Positions 48,280 through 58,755 of a DNA stretch of 64,000 bases are shown here, piece by piece. The DNA lies in the NCBI GenBank assembly GCA_963793865.1, contig CAWCBP010000001.1, forward strand, positions 224,001-288,000, in the 5' to 3' direction. The notes under the pieces were generated by a model. That model ran no database searches, had not been told where the DNA came from, and was given only the letters and a program-made list of their open reading frames with translations. The position numbers and the translations under genes are program-made. Numbering within the stretch: position 1 is the first letter of the stretch; the number at the start of each line of letters is the position of its first letter. The DNA is from an uncultured delta proteobacterium. Lineage in GTDB: Bacteria > Desulfobacterota > WTBG01.

Positions 48280-50388
48280 ATGCAGGGTTTCACCTATGGC
48301 AGAGACAGCGATATTGTCCAGCACCTGAAGCCTGAGCCGATGACTCCGGAGGAGCAGGCGGCGCAGGGCAAGATTGAAGATGTGGACTTCGAGATCTTCA
48401 CCCACAAGATGAACATGATCGCCCAGGAAGGCAAAGAGACCACCATGAAGCTGGGTGCTTCAACCGGCATGCGCTGGGGAGACGTCGCCTTCGGAATTTA
48501 TACCCTGAAGGGGGACCTGGCGGTGGTGGCGACGGGGATCTGGTTCCACGCGGTGCTGGGCCAGATTCCGGTCAAGTACATGGTCAAGCACTGGCTCAAC
48601 GAGCCGTCGGTGGGGATCAGGGAGGGAGACGCGTTTTTCTTTAACGATCCGTTCTACGGCGGCGTCCATCCGGCCGACATGGGGCTCTGCGTGCCGGTCT
48701 TCTACAAAGGCAAGCTGGTGTGCTTCGCGGGAGCGATTGTGCACACCGGTGAAAACGGCGGGACTGACCCGGGAGGATTGAGCGCCATTGCCCGGTCCAA
48801 GTACGATGAGGGTATTATTGTTCCTCCCTTGAAGATCGGTGAGAATTATACCCTGAAGGAAGATGTCCTGGCCATGTTTGCCGCCATGAACCGGGATGCC
48901 CGCACCATGATCCTGGACATCAAGGCCCGGCTGGCCGCGGCGCGCATTGCCGAGCGCCGCATTATCGAGCTGATCGACCAGAAGGGACTGTCATTCTTCC
49001 TGGGCGCGCTGAGAAAAATTCTCACCGTTACCGCCCAGGCGGCAAAAAAGAAGGTGAGCGGTTTACATGACGGCACTTTCCGCCAGCCCCGCTTCATGGA
49101 TACCGTGGGTCCGGAGCCGGGACTGACCAAGCTTAATATAATCGTGACCAAGAGGGGTGAGACCATCAGGTTTGCCTTCGAGGATACCACGCCGCTGCTG
49201 CGGGATAAGCCGCTCAACACCTATTTTCAGGGCATCATCGGTCTGGCCATGGTCTATTTCTGCGGCTGGTTTTTCTATGATCTTCCCGCCAACAATGGTC
49301 TTTTGGAAACGCTCGAATGGGAATTTCCCGATGATGCTATGATTAATGCCCGGGATGATGCCCCCACCTCTCTTTCACCCTTTACCCAGATATGCTTTGC
49401 CCACGGCATGTTTCTCTGCGGTGCGCGCATGACCTATCACCGGGACCCGCTGCGCGCCGTTGCCGCCTGGTTCCAGGGTTTCAGCGTTCCGATTTTCGGA
49501 GGCATCAACCAGTGGGGCGAGCCCGTCGCCGACATTACCCCCGAAATCAACGCCACCGGCGCCGGGGCGCGGCCGGACATGGACGGGGTCAGCGGGGCGG
49601 GATCATTTTTTGCCACCATGAGCGATTGTTCCGACGTGGAAACAACCGAGTCGGACAGGCCCTTCATCTACCTCTTCCGCAATTACTTTAAGAACTCCTA
49701 CGGTCATGGGAAATTCCGCGGCGGGGCTGGAGTGGGCTACGGCCTGATGACGCACCACGTGCCCGCGGTGGGCATGGGCTGTTTCGGGTTTGGATCGAAG
49801 ATGCCTTCCACCATGGGCATCTTCGGGGGATACGCCGTGCCGCCGGTTTTCATCCAGATGGTGAGCGGGAGCAGCATGAAGTCGCTTCTGGCGCAGGGCG
49901 TCCCTTCGCTTCACACCACGCTGGATCAGCTCTATGAAAATACCAGTATCGAGGAAGGGAATCGCGTGTATGAACACGTCACCATGAAGATTACCCCGCT
50001 GATGAACGGCGATACCTTCTATGTTCCGGTGGGAGGCGGCGCCGGGTACGGGGATGCACTGGAGCGCGATCCCCGGGCGGTCATGGATGACCTGCGAAAC
50101 GGGCTTACCAGCCACTGGGCGGCCCGGCATATCTATAGGCTTGTGTATGATGAGAAGACGCTTCGGCTTGATCCGGAAGAGACAGAAAAGCTTAGAGAGC
50201 AGACCAGGACGGAGCGAAAGCGCAGGGGCAAACCGTATGCCGAGTTTGAAAAGGAATGGCTTAAACTGCGCCCCCCGGCACACGTCATCAAATACTATGG
50301 CAGCTATCCCCATCCCGCTGAAGGGACCGGGAAACCCCTGCCCGGGTCAGCCCCGCCCGGAAATAACCCTGAGGGAAATGACGCATGA
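48280..50388 (+). CDS. Hydantoinase B-family catalytic subunit; acetophenone carboxylase-like
   Basis: GIREGD.FF.NDP..GGVHPAD, VH..E.GG..PGG, DEG...PP.KI, G.GKFRGG.G, GGAGYGD.LERDP. Confidence 0.88.
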   Translation: MQGFTYGRDSDIVQHLKPEPMTPEEQAAQGKIEDVDFEIFTHKMNMIAQEGKETTMKLGASTGMRWGDVAFGIYTLKGDLAVVATGIWFHAVLGQIPVKYMVKHWLNEPSVGIREGDAFFFNDPFYGGVHPADMGLCVPVFYKGKLVCFAGAIVHTGENGGTDPGGLSAIARSKYDEGIIVPPLKIGENYTLKEDVLAMFAAMNRDARTMILDIKARLAAARIAERRIIELIDQKGLSFFLGALRKILTVTAQAAKKKVSGLHDGTFRQPRFMDTVGPEPGLTKLNIIVTKRGETIRFAFEDTTPLLRDKPLNTYFQGIIGLAMVYFCGWFFYDLPANNGLLETLEWEFPDDAMINARDDAPTSLSPFTQICFAHGMFLCGARMTYHRDPLRAVAAWFQGFSVPIFGGINQWGEPVADITPEINATGAGARPDMDGVSGAGSFFATMSDCSDVETTESDRPFIYLFRNYFKNSYGHGKFRGGAGVGYGLMTHHVPAVGMGCFGFGSKMPSTMGIFGGYAVPPVFIQMVSGSSMKSLLAQGVPSLHTTLDQLYENTSIEEGNRVYEHVTMKITPLMNGDTFYVPVGGGAGYGDALERDPRAVMDDLRNGLTSHWAARHIYRLVYDEKTLRLDPEETEKLREQTRTERKRRGKPYAEFEKEWLKLRPPAHVIKYYGSYPHPAEGTGKPLPGSAPPGNNPEGNDA

Positions 50389-51983
50389 TCATAAAAGACC
50401 TGGTACACGAGCGGACCATTCACGGGCTTCTCAAACAACAGGTGCAGCGCTACGGCAGCCGCACATTCTTTAATTACAAGCAGCAGGCCTTCAGCTACGA
50501 AGACCTGGAGCGGGAATCCGACCGGGTGGCCGCGGGACTTCAATCCCTGGGGGTGGGTAAGGGGGACAAGGTGGCCATCGTGATGAGCAACCGGCCCGAG
50601 TACCTGTTCCTCTGGTTCGGACTGTGCAAGCTGGGAGCAATAGAAGTCCCGGTCAACACCGCGCACCGCGGTTCCATTCTTACCTACATGGTTGACCAGG
50701 CCGATTGCCGCCTGCTGGTGGCTGAATTTCCCTACCTGGACCGGGTGGCCCCGGTGCTCGGCTCACTGCCCAAGGTTGAAAAGGTGCTGGTGCTGAACGA
50801 CGGGGGTGAGAAAGTTCCCGCGCTTGACAAGCCTGCGCTTGACTACCGCGCGGTCATGGACAACGGCGGCGCCTATCGCGCGGCGGACGTGCTCTGGTCC
50901 GACCCCTTCATCATCATGTTTACCTCCGGCACCACCGGGCCGTCCAAGGGTTCGCTGATGCCCCACAATTACGCGCTTTACATGGGTGAGCTTACCTGCG
51001 CGGCCACCGGCTACGATGAAAAGGACTGCCTCTATAATGCGCTGCCCCTCTTTCACGGCAACGCGCAGCTGCTCTCCACCATGCCCGCGCTGATGAGCGG
51101 GGCGCGCATGGTGCTGGCCGAACGCTTTTCAGCCAGCAAGTTCTGGGATGAAATAAAGGAGCACGGGTGCACGGAATTTAATTACATCGGCGGCATCCTG
51201 CCCATTCTTTTCAAGGCGGAACCCAGGCCGGACGATGCGGACAATCCCCTGCGCATTCTTTACGGCGGCGGGGCGTCACCGGACATCTGGGCGGCCTTTG
51301 AAAAGCGGTTCGGGGTCACCATCATTGAGGGGTATGGCATGAGCGAAATCGGCATTCCCCTGATGAACACCCCGGAGGCGCGCAAGCCGGGCACCTGCGG
51401 AAAGGTTTTGCCCGACTACGCGGTCAAGGTGGTTGACGACAACGGTGTGGAAGTGGGCCCCGCTGCCACCGGCGAGCTGCTTATACGCCCGCTCAAGCCC
51501 TATTGCATGCTCCTCGAGTACTACAGGATGCCTGAGAAAACAGTCGAGGCCTGCCGGGACATGTGGTTTCACACCGGCGATTACCTCTACTGTGACGGGG
51601 AAGGCTTCTTTCACTTTGTGGACCGGAAGAAGGACGCCATCAGGCGACGGGGTGAAAACATTTCATCCTACGAGGTGGAGAAGGTGATCAACTCCCACCC
51701 GGCGATCAGGGAATCGGCGGCGGTGGCGGTCAAGTCGGATCTGGGGGAGGACGAGGTCATGGTCTGCCTTTCCTGCAGGGAGGGAAAACAGGTTGCACCG
51801 GTGGAGCTGATTGCCTACTGCGAAGAGCATATGGCCTACTTCATGATCCCCCGCTACCTGCGCATCATGCAGGAGCTTCCCAAGACCCCCACCCAGCGGG
51901 TTAAAAAGTATGAGCTGCGTGATCAGGGGGTGACCTCCGATACCTGGGACCGGGAAAAGGCGGGATACAAGCTCAAACGGTGA
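50385..51983 (+). CDS. ATP-dependent acyl-CoA ligase (CaiC-like)
   Basis: FTSGTTGPSKG, LPLFH, EGYGMSE, WFHTGD, DRKKDAIRRRGENISS, LPKTPT; ATGA overlap with upstream gene. Confidence 0.9.
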   Translation: MIIKDLVHERTIHGLLKQQVQRYGSRTFFNYKQQAFSYEDLERESDRVAAGLQSLGVGKGDKVAIVMSNRPEYLFLWFGLCKLGAIEVPVNTAHRGSILTYMVDQADCRLLVAEFPYLDRVAPVLGSLPKVEKVLVLNDGGEKVPALDKPALDYRAVMDNGGAYRAADVLWSDPFIIMFTSGTTGPSKGSLMPHNYALYMGELTCAATGYDEKDCLYNALPLFHGNAQLLSTMPALMSGARMVLAERFSASKFWDEIKEHGCTEFNYIGGILPILFKAEPRPDDADNPLRILYGGGASPDIWAAFEKRFGVTIIEGYGMSEIGIPLMNTPEARKPGTCGKVLPDYAVKVVDDNGVEVGPAATGELLIRPLKPYCMLLEYYRMPEKTVEACRDMWFHTGDYLYCDGEGFFHFVDRKKDAIRRRGENISSYEVEKVINSHPAIRESAAVAVKSDLGEDEVMVCLSCREGKQVAPVELIAYCEEHMAYFMIPRYLRIMQELPKTPTQRVKKYELRDQGVTSDTWDREKAGYKLKR

Positions 51984-52040
51984 GGGTCTTGTCTCAGACA
52001 TAACTATCGTGAACGACTTTAAAAAGTTGACAGGGAGGTT

Positions 52041-52106
52041 GTCATTGCGAGCGTTAGCGAAGCAATCTCATTAGATTGCCGCGTCGCATGCGCTCCTCGC
52101 AATGAC
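52041..52106. repeat. REP-like inverted pair, GTCATTGCGAG family
   Basis: GTCATTGCGAGCGTTAGCGAAGCAATCT-CATT-AGATTGCCGCGTCGCATGCGCTCCTCGCAATGAC. Confidence 0.75.
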
Positions 52107-52172
52107 CATGTATAAATAAACCAGTATGTAATGAACTTCTGGGACACGACACGGGTTTGCTGAGGCGGAAAG

Positions 52173-53216
52173 ATGAAGGCTATTGTCCTGCAGGCAGAAA
52201 ATCAATTGGCCGTCAAGGATGTTCCTGAGCCGGAACTGCAGAAGGAAAGCGATGTGATGGTCAGGGTGACAACCTCCGCCATCTGCGGCTCCGACATTCA
52301 CATCAAGCACGGCCTCATGCCCGGCATCGGCCCGGGCACCATCATGGGGCACGAGTTTGTGGGCGTTGTCGAACGGGCCGGATCCGCGGTAACCAGGTTT
52401 AAGCCGGGTGACCGGGTGGCTGCGCCGGCTGCCGTCTGGTGCGGTATTTGTGCTTTCTGCAGGCGGGGCGATGTCCAGTACTGTGAAAACGGCGGTGTCT
52501 GGGGCGGAGGGGAGTTCCTCGGAAGGGGCCTCAGCGGTGTTCAGACAGGCTATGTGCGCGTGCCCTATGCGGATGCATGCCTTACTCCCATACCCGACTC
52601 GGTTTCCGATGAACAGGCGGTGTTTGTGGGCGATGTGTTCAGCACCGGCTATTACGCCGCGCGTGAAGGACACATAGGTACCGGTGACACGGTGGCCGTT
52701 TTCGGATGCGGGCCCATAGGACTGGCGGCCCTGGTGGCCGCGTGGCAGTTCGGCGCAGGGCGGGTGATCGGTGTTGACATGTTTCCCAATCGACTGCAGG
52801 TGGCGCAGCACTACGGCGCCACCGTAATTGATGCCCGCGACGGAGCGGTCGCGGAGCGGGTCAGGGAAGCGGCCGGCATCGGAGGGGTTGATGTGGCCAT
52901 TGAAGCGGTGGGCAAAACGGAGACCTTCGAACACGCGCTGCAGTCGGTGCGACGAGGCGGCACCGTCTCGGCGGTGGGGCTCTTTTTTGAACCGGTGACC
53001 TTTCCCATCCAGGAGCTGGTGATCCGGGGCGTGCATCTTAACATGGGGCTGGGGAACCTCGGCTTCATGGGCCGGCTTATGAACCTGATTGCCGCGGGGC
53101 GGGTGGACCTCTCACCGCTGGTCACGCACACCTTTTCCCTGAATGACGGGCTCCAGGCCTATGACCTGATGGAGAACCACAAGGAACGCTGCATCAAGGT
53201 GCTGCTGAAGCCATGA
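52173..53216 (+). CDS. Zinc-dependent alcohol dehydrogenase (MDR family)
   Basis: ICGSD, GHEFVG, CGICAFC..G...C, GCGPIG. Confidence 0.92.
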   Translation: MKAIVLQAENQLAVKDVPEPELQKESDVMVRVTTSAICGSDIHIKHGLMPGIGPGTIMGHEFVGVVERAGSAVTRFKPGDRVAAPAAVWCGICAFCRRGDVQYCENGGVWGGGEFLGRGLSGVQTGYVRVPYADACLTPIPDSVSDEQAVFVGDVFSTGYYAAREGHIGTGDTVAVFGCGPIGLAALVAAWQFGAGRVIGVDMFPNRLQVAQHYGATVIDARDGAVAERVREAAGIGGVDVAIEAVGKTETFEHALQSVRRGGTVSAVGLFFEPVTFPIQELVIRGVHLNMGLGNLGFMGRLMNLIAAGRVDLSPLVTHTFSLNDGLQAYDLMENHKERCIKVLLKP

Positions 53217-53252
53217 GTTTTATTTGTTTGATTCGGCGGCATGGTCTGTTTT

Positions 53253-53282
53253 GTAAGAGGGCGACCGGCCGGTCGCCCCTAC
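53253..53282. repeat. GTAG-family REP palindrome (third copy)
   Basis: GTAAGAGGGCGACCGGCCGGTCGCCCCTAC. Confidence 0.8.
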
Positions 53283-53363
53283 ATTTGAATAAAATAGTGT
53301 TGTGATGTTTCACCGTGGCCCGAAGGATTCGGGTTTCTAACATAAAGTCGCGAGAGACTTTCC

Positions 53364-53786
53364 ATGATTTCCAAACTTCCTGATCTGCCGCCGGTGGCAC
53401 ACGGTGTTTTCACCCTGCCTCCCTACGATCAGTTTTCGCCGCGGCTGATCGGCTCACTGTGCCCGTCCTGCAACGAATACTTTTTCCCCCCGACCCCGTA
53501 CTGCCGGAAATGTCTCGAACCCACCGCGAACGCCGATCTCGGTTCGGAGGGGGTTCTCTACAGCTGTACCGTGATCCGCACCAAGGCCCCGCTGGGATTG
53601 CCCACACCCTATTGCGTCGGCTATGTGGACCTGGCGGGACGTTCACTGCGTATTTTTTTTCTGCTCGACCCGGACGCGGTCGGTATATTAAAACCCGGGC
53701 TTGCCGTCAGGTTGGCGGTAAAGCCTCTGGGCGTTGATCAACAAGGGTCTCCCTGCCTGAGACCTTATTTTACCCCCAAGGGGTAA
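53364..53786 (+). CDS. Zn-ribbon/OB-fold (DUF35, BbsA-like) thiolase partner
   Basis: CPSC...FPP...CRKC, G.LYS.TV, PY.VGYVDL. Confidence 0.85.
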   Translation: MISKLPDLPPVAHGVFTLPPYDQFSPRLIGSLCPSCNEYFFPPTPYCRKCLEPTANADLGSEGVLYSCTVIRTKAPLGLPTPYCVGYVDLAGRSLRIFFLLDPDAVGILKPGLAVRLAVKPLGVDQQGSPCLRPYFTPKG

Positions 53787-53792
53787 GTGTTA

Positions 53793-54953
53793 ATGGAGTT
53801 GTCTGCAATGGAGCCGGTGGCAATAGTCGGGGTGGGGATGACCGGATTCGGGAAGCATCCGCAGCGGTCGCTTGTGGATCTTGCGGCGGAGGCGGCGCGC
53901 GATGCGATCAAAGACGCGGGCATCAGGCCCGCTCAGATCGGGGCCGGTTTCTTTGCCAATGGTCTTGCCGGCAGGCTGTTCGGTGATTTTACCATAGGTC
54001 AGAATGTGCTGTGGCAGGTGGGCATTAACCGGGTGCCGGTCATTAATGTTGAAAATGCTTGCACTTCGGGGTCCACTGCCTTATACTTGGCGGCCAATGC
54101 GGTCGCTGCGGGACAGGTGGAGGCGGCCATTGCCGTAGGCGCGGAAAAGATGTATGTGCCTGAGTTCGGGCTGATCAGCTCGGGACAGTCCGAGCTGGAC
54201 ACGCAGCTCGGCCTGGTGGCGCCGGCAAGCTTTGCACTTCGTGCCGTCCGCTACATGGCGGAATTCGGCGCGACGCCGGAACAGCTGGCGCAGGTCGCGG
54301 TCAAGAATCGGCGCCACGCGCAGCGCAACCCGCGGGCCCAGTATCGCGATCCCATAACCGTTGAGGAAGTGCTGGCATCGCCCATGATCGTGGATCCGCT
54401 GACCCGGCTGCAGTGCTGCCCCATCGCGGATGGCGCGGCTGCCGCCGTGGTATGCTCGGCATCCATGGCGCGGCGTCTCAAGCGGGCGGTTACGCTTAAC
54501 GCAATGGTACTCACCAGCGGCGGTTACGAAAGCCCCCAGGACCTGGTCCGATGGGAGACCGATTACCGGTCGTGCCGGCTTGCCTATGAAAGGGCCGGGG
54601 TCGGACCGGAGGACCTGAATGTCGCGGAGGTGCATGACGCCTTTTCCATTTCGGAAATCCTCCACTACGAGGCGATGGGTTTGTGCAATGCGGGGGAGGG
54701 AGTAAGGCTGGTTGCGGAGGGCGTCACCGCCCTGGGAGGGCGCTGCCCGGTCAATGTATCGGGCGGACTCCTGAGCAGGGGTCATCCGGTGGGCGCCACC
54801 GGCATCGCCCAGGTGTTTGAAATCGTGACCCAGCTTCGAAACGAAGCGGGAGAGCGCCAGGTGGCGGGGGCGTCAGTCGGGCTTGCTCACTGCATGGGCG
54901 GCGACAAGGCGGCCGACACCAAATCATGCACCGTGGCCATTTTTTCCAAGTAG
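53793..54953 (+). CDS. SCP2-type thiolase (BbsB-like)
   Basis: GVGMT.FG, VENACTSG, VKNRRHA, QCCPIADGAAA, EVHDAF, GHPVGATG; start 53793 or 53808. Confidence 0.88.
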   Translation: MELSAMEPVAIVGVGMTGFGKHPQRSLVDLAAEAARDAIKDAGIRPAQIGAGFFANGLAGRLFGDFTIGQNVLWQVGINRVPVINVENACTSGSTALYLAANAVAAGQVEAAIAVGAEKMYVPEFGLISSGQSELDTQLGLVAPASFALRAVRYMAEFGATPEQLAQVAVKNRRHAQRNPRAQYRDPITVEEVLASPMIVDPLTRLQCCPIADGAAAAVVCSASMARRLKRAVTLNAMVLTSGGYESPQDLVRWETDYRSCRLAYERAGVGPEDLNVAEVHDAFSISEILHYEAMGLCNAGEGVRLVAEGVTALGGRCPVNVSGGLLSRGHPVGATGIAQVFEIVTQLRNEAGERQVAGASVGLAHCMGGDKAADTKSCTVAIFSK

Positions 54954-54962
54954 GAGCATAAC

Positions 54963-56012
54963 GTGTATTGCCTGGCTATTATGATTATTGTGCTTTCTTC
55001 GCTGCAGGTGATTTTATCGCGCCGGGTGGCAGGCACCGTGAGAAGCGCATCGGCATTGCTGACAATCATCGTGCTTGTTTCAGCGGCCCCCGCTTCACTT
55101 CATGCTGCCGGGAAATTGCCGGAGGATCTTTTCAGCGTCAGCTTTCCCACGGAACAGGACGGCTGGTCCTGCGGACGCTGGGGAACAATTCTGCATACCT
55201 CGGACGGCGGCAAAACCTGGGTCCGCCAGGAAAGCGGAACCGATTACATGCTGGTCTCCATCCATTTCGCGGATGCGCTTCATGGTCACGCCGTGGGTGA
55301 AGAGGGGATCATCCTCAGCACCGAAGACGGGGGGAAGCGCTGGAAAAAGCAGGCGTGTCCGGTGGACTTTTTTCTGATGGATGTGCACTTTGCGGATGCC
55401 GCAAAAGGCTGGATTGTCAGCGAGCGCACCCACATTTTATATACGGAGAACGGGGGTGAAACCTGGCAGGTTCAATTCAGTGACCAGGATTTTATTCTCA
55501 AGTCCGTCTCTTTTTGTGATGAGGTGAACGGGTGGGCCGCCGGCGAGTATGGCTATATTTATCACACCGCTGATGGCGGGGCGCACTGGGAGAAGCAGGC
55601 AGGGTACTACGTCATATCCGAGGAAACCGATGAGGTGGAAGGCGGCACCTTTCTTTTTGACGTGGAGGCGGTAGACCCTCAGACTGCCTGGGCGGTTGGC
55701 ATTGACAGCTACATTGTGAGAACAGCTGATGCGGGTAAAACCTGGCAGGAAGTTGCGGCCGGCATTCCCAAAACGCCGCTTTTTTGCGTGGAGGCTGACG
55801 GGGTAAATAATATCCTCATTGGCGGCACGGCGGTGTTTTTAGCCTCATCGGACGGCGGCAGTAAATGGCAGCAACCGGCGTTTGAGCCGCCCATGATCTA
55901 CGGATGGATTTATGGCCTGGACAGAATCGGGAAATCCCGGTTTGCGGCAGTAGGCTGGGAGGGCGCCATTTACCTCAATGCATCGGACAAGTGGAGCCGG
56001 GCTTCATATTAG
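54963..56012 (+). CDS. YCF48/BNR-repeat beta-propeller, exported
   Basis: Repeated T.DGG.TW motifs; hydrophobic N-terminus; start uncertain. Confidence 0.85.
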   Translation: MYCLAIMIIVLSSLQVILSRRVAGTVRSASALLTIIVLVSAAPASLHAAGKLPEDLFSVSFPTEQDGWSCGRWGTILHTSDGGKTWVRQESGTDYMLVSIHFADALHGHAVGEEGIILSTEDGGKRWKKQACPVDFFLMDVHFADAAKGWIVSERTHILYTENGGETWQVQFSDQDFILKSVSFCDEVNGWAAGEYGYIYHTADGGAHWEKQAGYYVISEETDEVEGGTFLFDVEAVDPQTAWAVGIDSYIVRTADAGKTWQEVAAGIPKTPLFCVEADGVNNILIGGTAVFLASSDGGSKWQQPAFEPPMIYGWIYGLDRIGKSRFAAVGWEGAIYLNASDKWSRASY

Positions 56013-56057
56013 CCTGGTAATCAGCGCAATCGCTGCGCAGTAGTTACTAATACCATG

Positions 56058-56081
56058 GTAGGAGCGGCTTTAGCCGCGAAT
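56058..56081. repeat. GTAG-family REP
   Basis: GTAGGAGCGGCTTTAGCCGCGAA. Confidence 0.65.
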
Positions 56082-56161
56082 GTATCGCGCATGAATGAGC
56101 TCCTGTCATATTTCATACATTGTTGGATAACATTCACCTTACTTAAGCTTGGAATTATTAT

Positions 56162-58552
56162 ATGAGCAGCGGCCTTATGAGCAGGCTGGACCGGTTCTGC
56201 TGGTTTATGACCCGCCGCCGTTTTCAATGTCTGGCAGTTGTACTGGTGCTCACCGTAATCTGCGGCTACGGCATGCTCTCCATTCGCGGAGAGGTTATCC
56301 TGCAGGATCTCTTTCCCTATGACCATCCCTACCTCAAGCTTCATGCCCGCTTTTCGCAGCTCTTCGGCAGCGGCGGATCAGGCGTCGCCATTGCCGTAAA
56401 GGCCAGACAGGGTGATATCTTCAATCAGGATGTCCTGGGCAAGGTTCAGAAAATAACCAATGATATGGTCCTCTGGGATGAGGTGTATCGTGTTTTAACC
56501 GTGTCCATCGCGGGCCGCACTACCAAAGTGGTAAGAACCCTCGCTGAGGGTGAGATCAACATTGCCCCGCTGATGTGGCCGGACCTGCCGAAGAATGATG
56601 CGGAGATGGAGGTGCTGAAGCGGTGTATTTTTTCCGACCCTGCCTATCGCGGGGTGCTGGTATCGCAGGACGGCACCGCTGCGCTGATCATGACGGAATT
56701 CAAGGAGAATATTTCCTATGAGCGGGCTTTCCGCCTCCTGTGTGAATTGATCAGGGAGCATAGCGATGAAAAAACCTCCGTGCACATCGTGGGTTTCCCG
56801 CAGCTCATCGGCTGGGTCTACAGTTATAAAAATCAGGTGCTGCTGGTATTCGGGGTCAGCATCAGCCTGATGATCATCATCCTCTTTTTAATCTTCCGCA
56901 ATTTTACCGGCATGGCCGCGCCCATGCTCTTTGCCGCAATTTCAACCGTGCAGGGCATAGGCTTTATCGGCTGGACCGGGATCAATTTCAGCCCGCTGCT
57001 GTACGTGCTGGCCTTCCTGGTAGGTGCCCGGATTATCAGTCACGCCGTCCAGATCACCCACCGCTATTTTGAAGAGTACCAGAACAACAACCTGGATAAG
57101 GTCCAGGCGTGTTATGAAACCATGCGCAGCATGATTATTCCCAACTGGGCGGGGGTTGCCACTGATGCCGCCGGTTTCCTGGTGTTGCTGTTCGCCAAAA
57201 TAGCCCTCATACAACAGGTTGCCATATTTATGAGCTTCTGGATGACCACTGTCGCTCTCTCGGGCGTCCTCACGCCAATCCTTTGCAGTTATCTCCCCAT
57301 ACACAGCGCGAGCGAAACCTGGGGCGAACGAAAGACCTCCATGAGCCTGCTCGACCACCTGTGCACGGCAACAGCCCGGTTTTCAATGGGATCGGGCAGG
57401 TTTGTTGTGGCCGGCCTCTGTGTGGCGGTCTTCATGTTTTGCGCATGGATGGCGGGCCACAGCAAGATCGGGGATCCGACACCCGGCTCCCCCCTGCTAT
57501 GGCCGGACCATCCCTACAACCGGGACCAGGAGCTGATAGACAAGACCTTTGATGCCTCATCCGAAAATTTCATGCTTTTTTACGAGGGGCAGAAAGAATC
57601 GGTGTATGACCCGGTTGTGCTTACCACCTTCGAGATGTTTGCCCGCCACATGCAGGCCGAGCTTCCCGATATTTACAAGTCCGCAAGCTCCATTGTCAGC
57701 ATCATCAAGATGTACAACCTGATCTATCACGACGGGGACAGGATCTGGTACACGCTGCCGCGCAACCAGGATTTGCTGACCGGCATCATCGGGCTCATCC
57801 GTGAGCAATTTGACCCTTATACCCTCGGCCGCTTTATTGATGTGACCGATCTTGAGCGGGCGCAGCTCACCCTCTTCTTTGCCGATCACACCTCGCATAA
57901 CCTTCAGCGCATCAAGGAGGCCGCACGGAAATTTTTCGAGACCCGTCCCATGGCCACCGAAAGGGGCGAATTCAAGCTGGCGGGGGGGAGAGTGGGAATG
58001 GAGATGGCGGTCAACGACGAGATGACCCGCTCGCACCTGCTGATCGATTCAACGGTGCTGTTTGCCATTTTCATCCTCTGCGCGCTGTTCTACCGTTCCC
58101 TGCTCGCCGGGCTCATGCTGACCGTGCCCCTCATTCTGGCCAATCTGCTTGCCTTTGCCTACATGGCCATGGCCAATATCGGCCTTTCCATCAACACCCT
58201 GCCCATTGCCGCGGTGGGGGTGGGGGTCGGGGTTGATTTTGCCATCTACATTTACAGCCGCTGCATTGAAGAGTTCCCCCACCGCAACGGCTATGCGGAT
58301 ACGATCATGATGGCCGTGCGCACCTCCGGCAAGGCGGTTGTCTACACGGGAATGACCATGATCCTGCCCATCATCACCTGGTATTTCATATCCGACCTCA
58401 AGTTCCAGGCACAGATGGGGTTCTTCCTGGCGGTGATCATGCTTACCAATCTGGTTCTGGCCGTTACCCTGCATCCCCTGATGCTGGTCACCTTCAAACC
58501 GGCGTTTATCAGCGGGCAGGCCAAAACCACCGAAGTGCGAATCGACACCTGA
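56162..58552 (+). CDS. RND-superfamily (MMPL-like) inner membrane transporter
   Basis: Two 1+5 TM repeats with periplasmic loops; GVGVGVDFAIY, SGKAV, SDLKFQAQMG. Confidence 0.88.
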   Translation: MSSGLMSRLDRFCWFMTRRRFQCLAVVLVLTVICGYGMLSIRGEVILQDLFPYDHPYLKLHARFSQLFGSGGSGVAIAVKARQGDIFNQDVLGKVQKITNDMVLWDEVYRVLTVSIAGRTTKVVRTLAEGEINIAPLMWPDLPKNDAEMEVLKRCIFSDPAYRGVLVSQDGTAALIMTEFKENISYERAFRLLCELIREHSDEKTSVHIVGFPQLIGWVYSYKNQVLLVFGVSISLMIIILFLIFRNFTGMAAPMLFAAISTVQGIGFIGWTGINFSPLLYVLAFLVGARIISHAVQITHRYFEEYQNNNLDKVQACYETMRSMIIPNWAGVATDAAGFLVLLFAKIALIQQVAIFMSFWMTTVALSGVLTPILCSYLPIHSASETWGERKTSMSLLDHLCTATARFSMGSGRFVVAGLCVAVFMFCAWMAGHSKIGDPTPGSPLLWPDHPYNRDQELIDKTFDASSENFMLFYEGQKESVYDPVVLTTFEMFARHMQAELPDIYKSASSIVSIIKMYNLIYHDGDRIWYTLPRNQDLLTGIIGLIREQFDPYTLGRFIDVTDLERAQLTLFFADHTSHNLQRIKEAARKFFETRPMATERGEFKLAGGRVGMEMAVNDEMTRSHLLIDSTVLFAIFILCALFYRSLLAGLMLTVPLILANLLAFAYMAMANIGLSINTLPIAAVGVGVGVDFAIYIYSRCIEEFPHRNGYADTIMMAVRTSGKAVVYTGMTMILPIITWYFISDLKFQAQMGFFLAVIMLTNLVLAVTLHPLMLVTFKPAFISGQAKTTEVRIDT

Positions 58553-58755
58553 TTCCGTGTTTTCTTAATTGTTTCTGTTGACGCAATCATGAAGAGAGTG
58601 TAAAAAGGGATGCATTACCTTGTGAGCAGGCGTGTGCTTTGAGTGGATTGCCTGTGTGTCAATATAAAAGAGGGGGTTGAGAAAGCACAACCAACACATG
58701 TTCACCGGAGGAGCGCTCAGAATCCAAACCTATTCTTTCAGGTGAGGGAGGGGAA

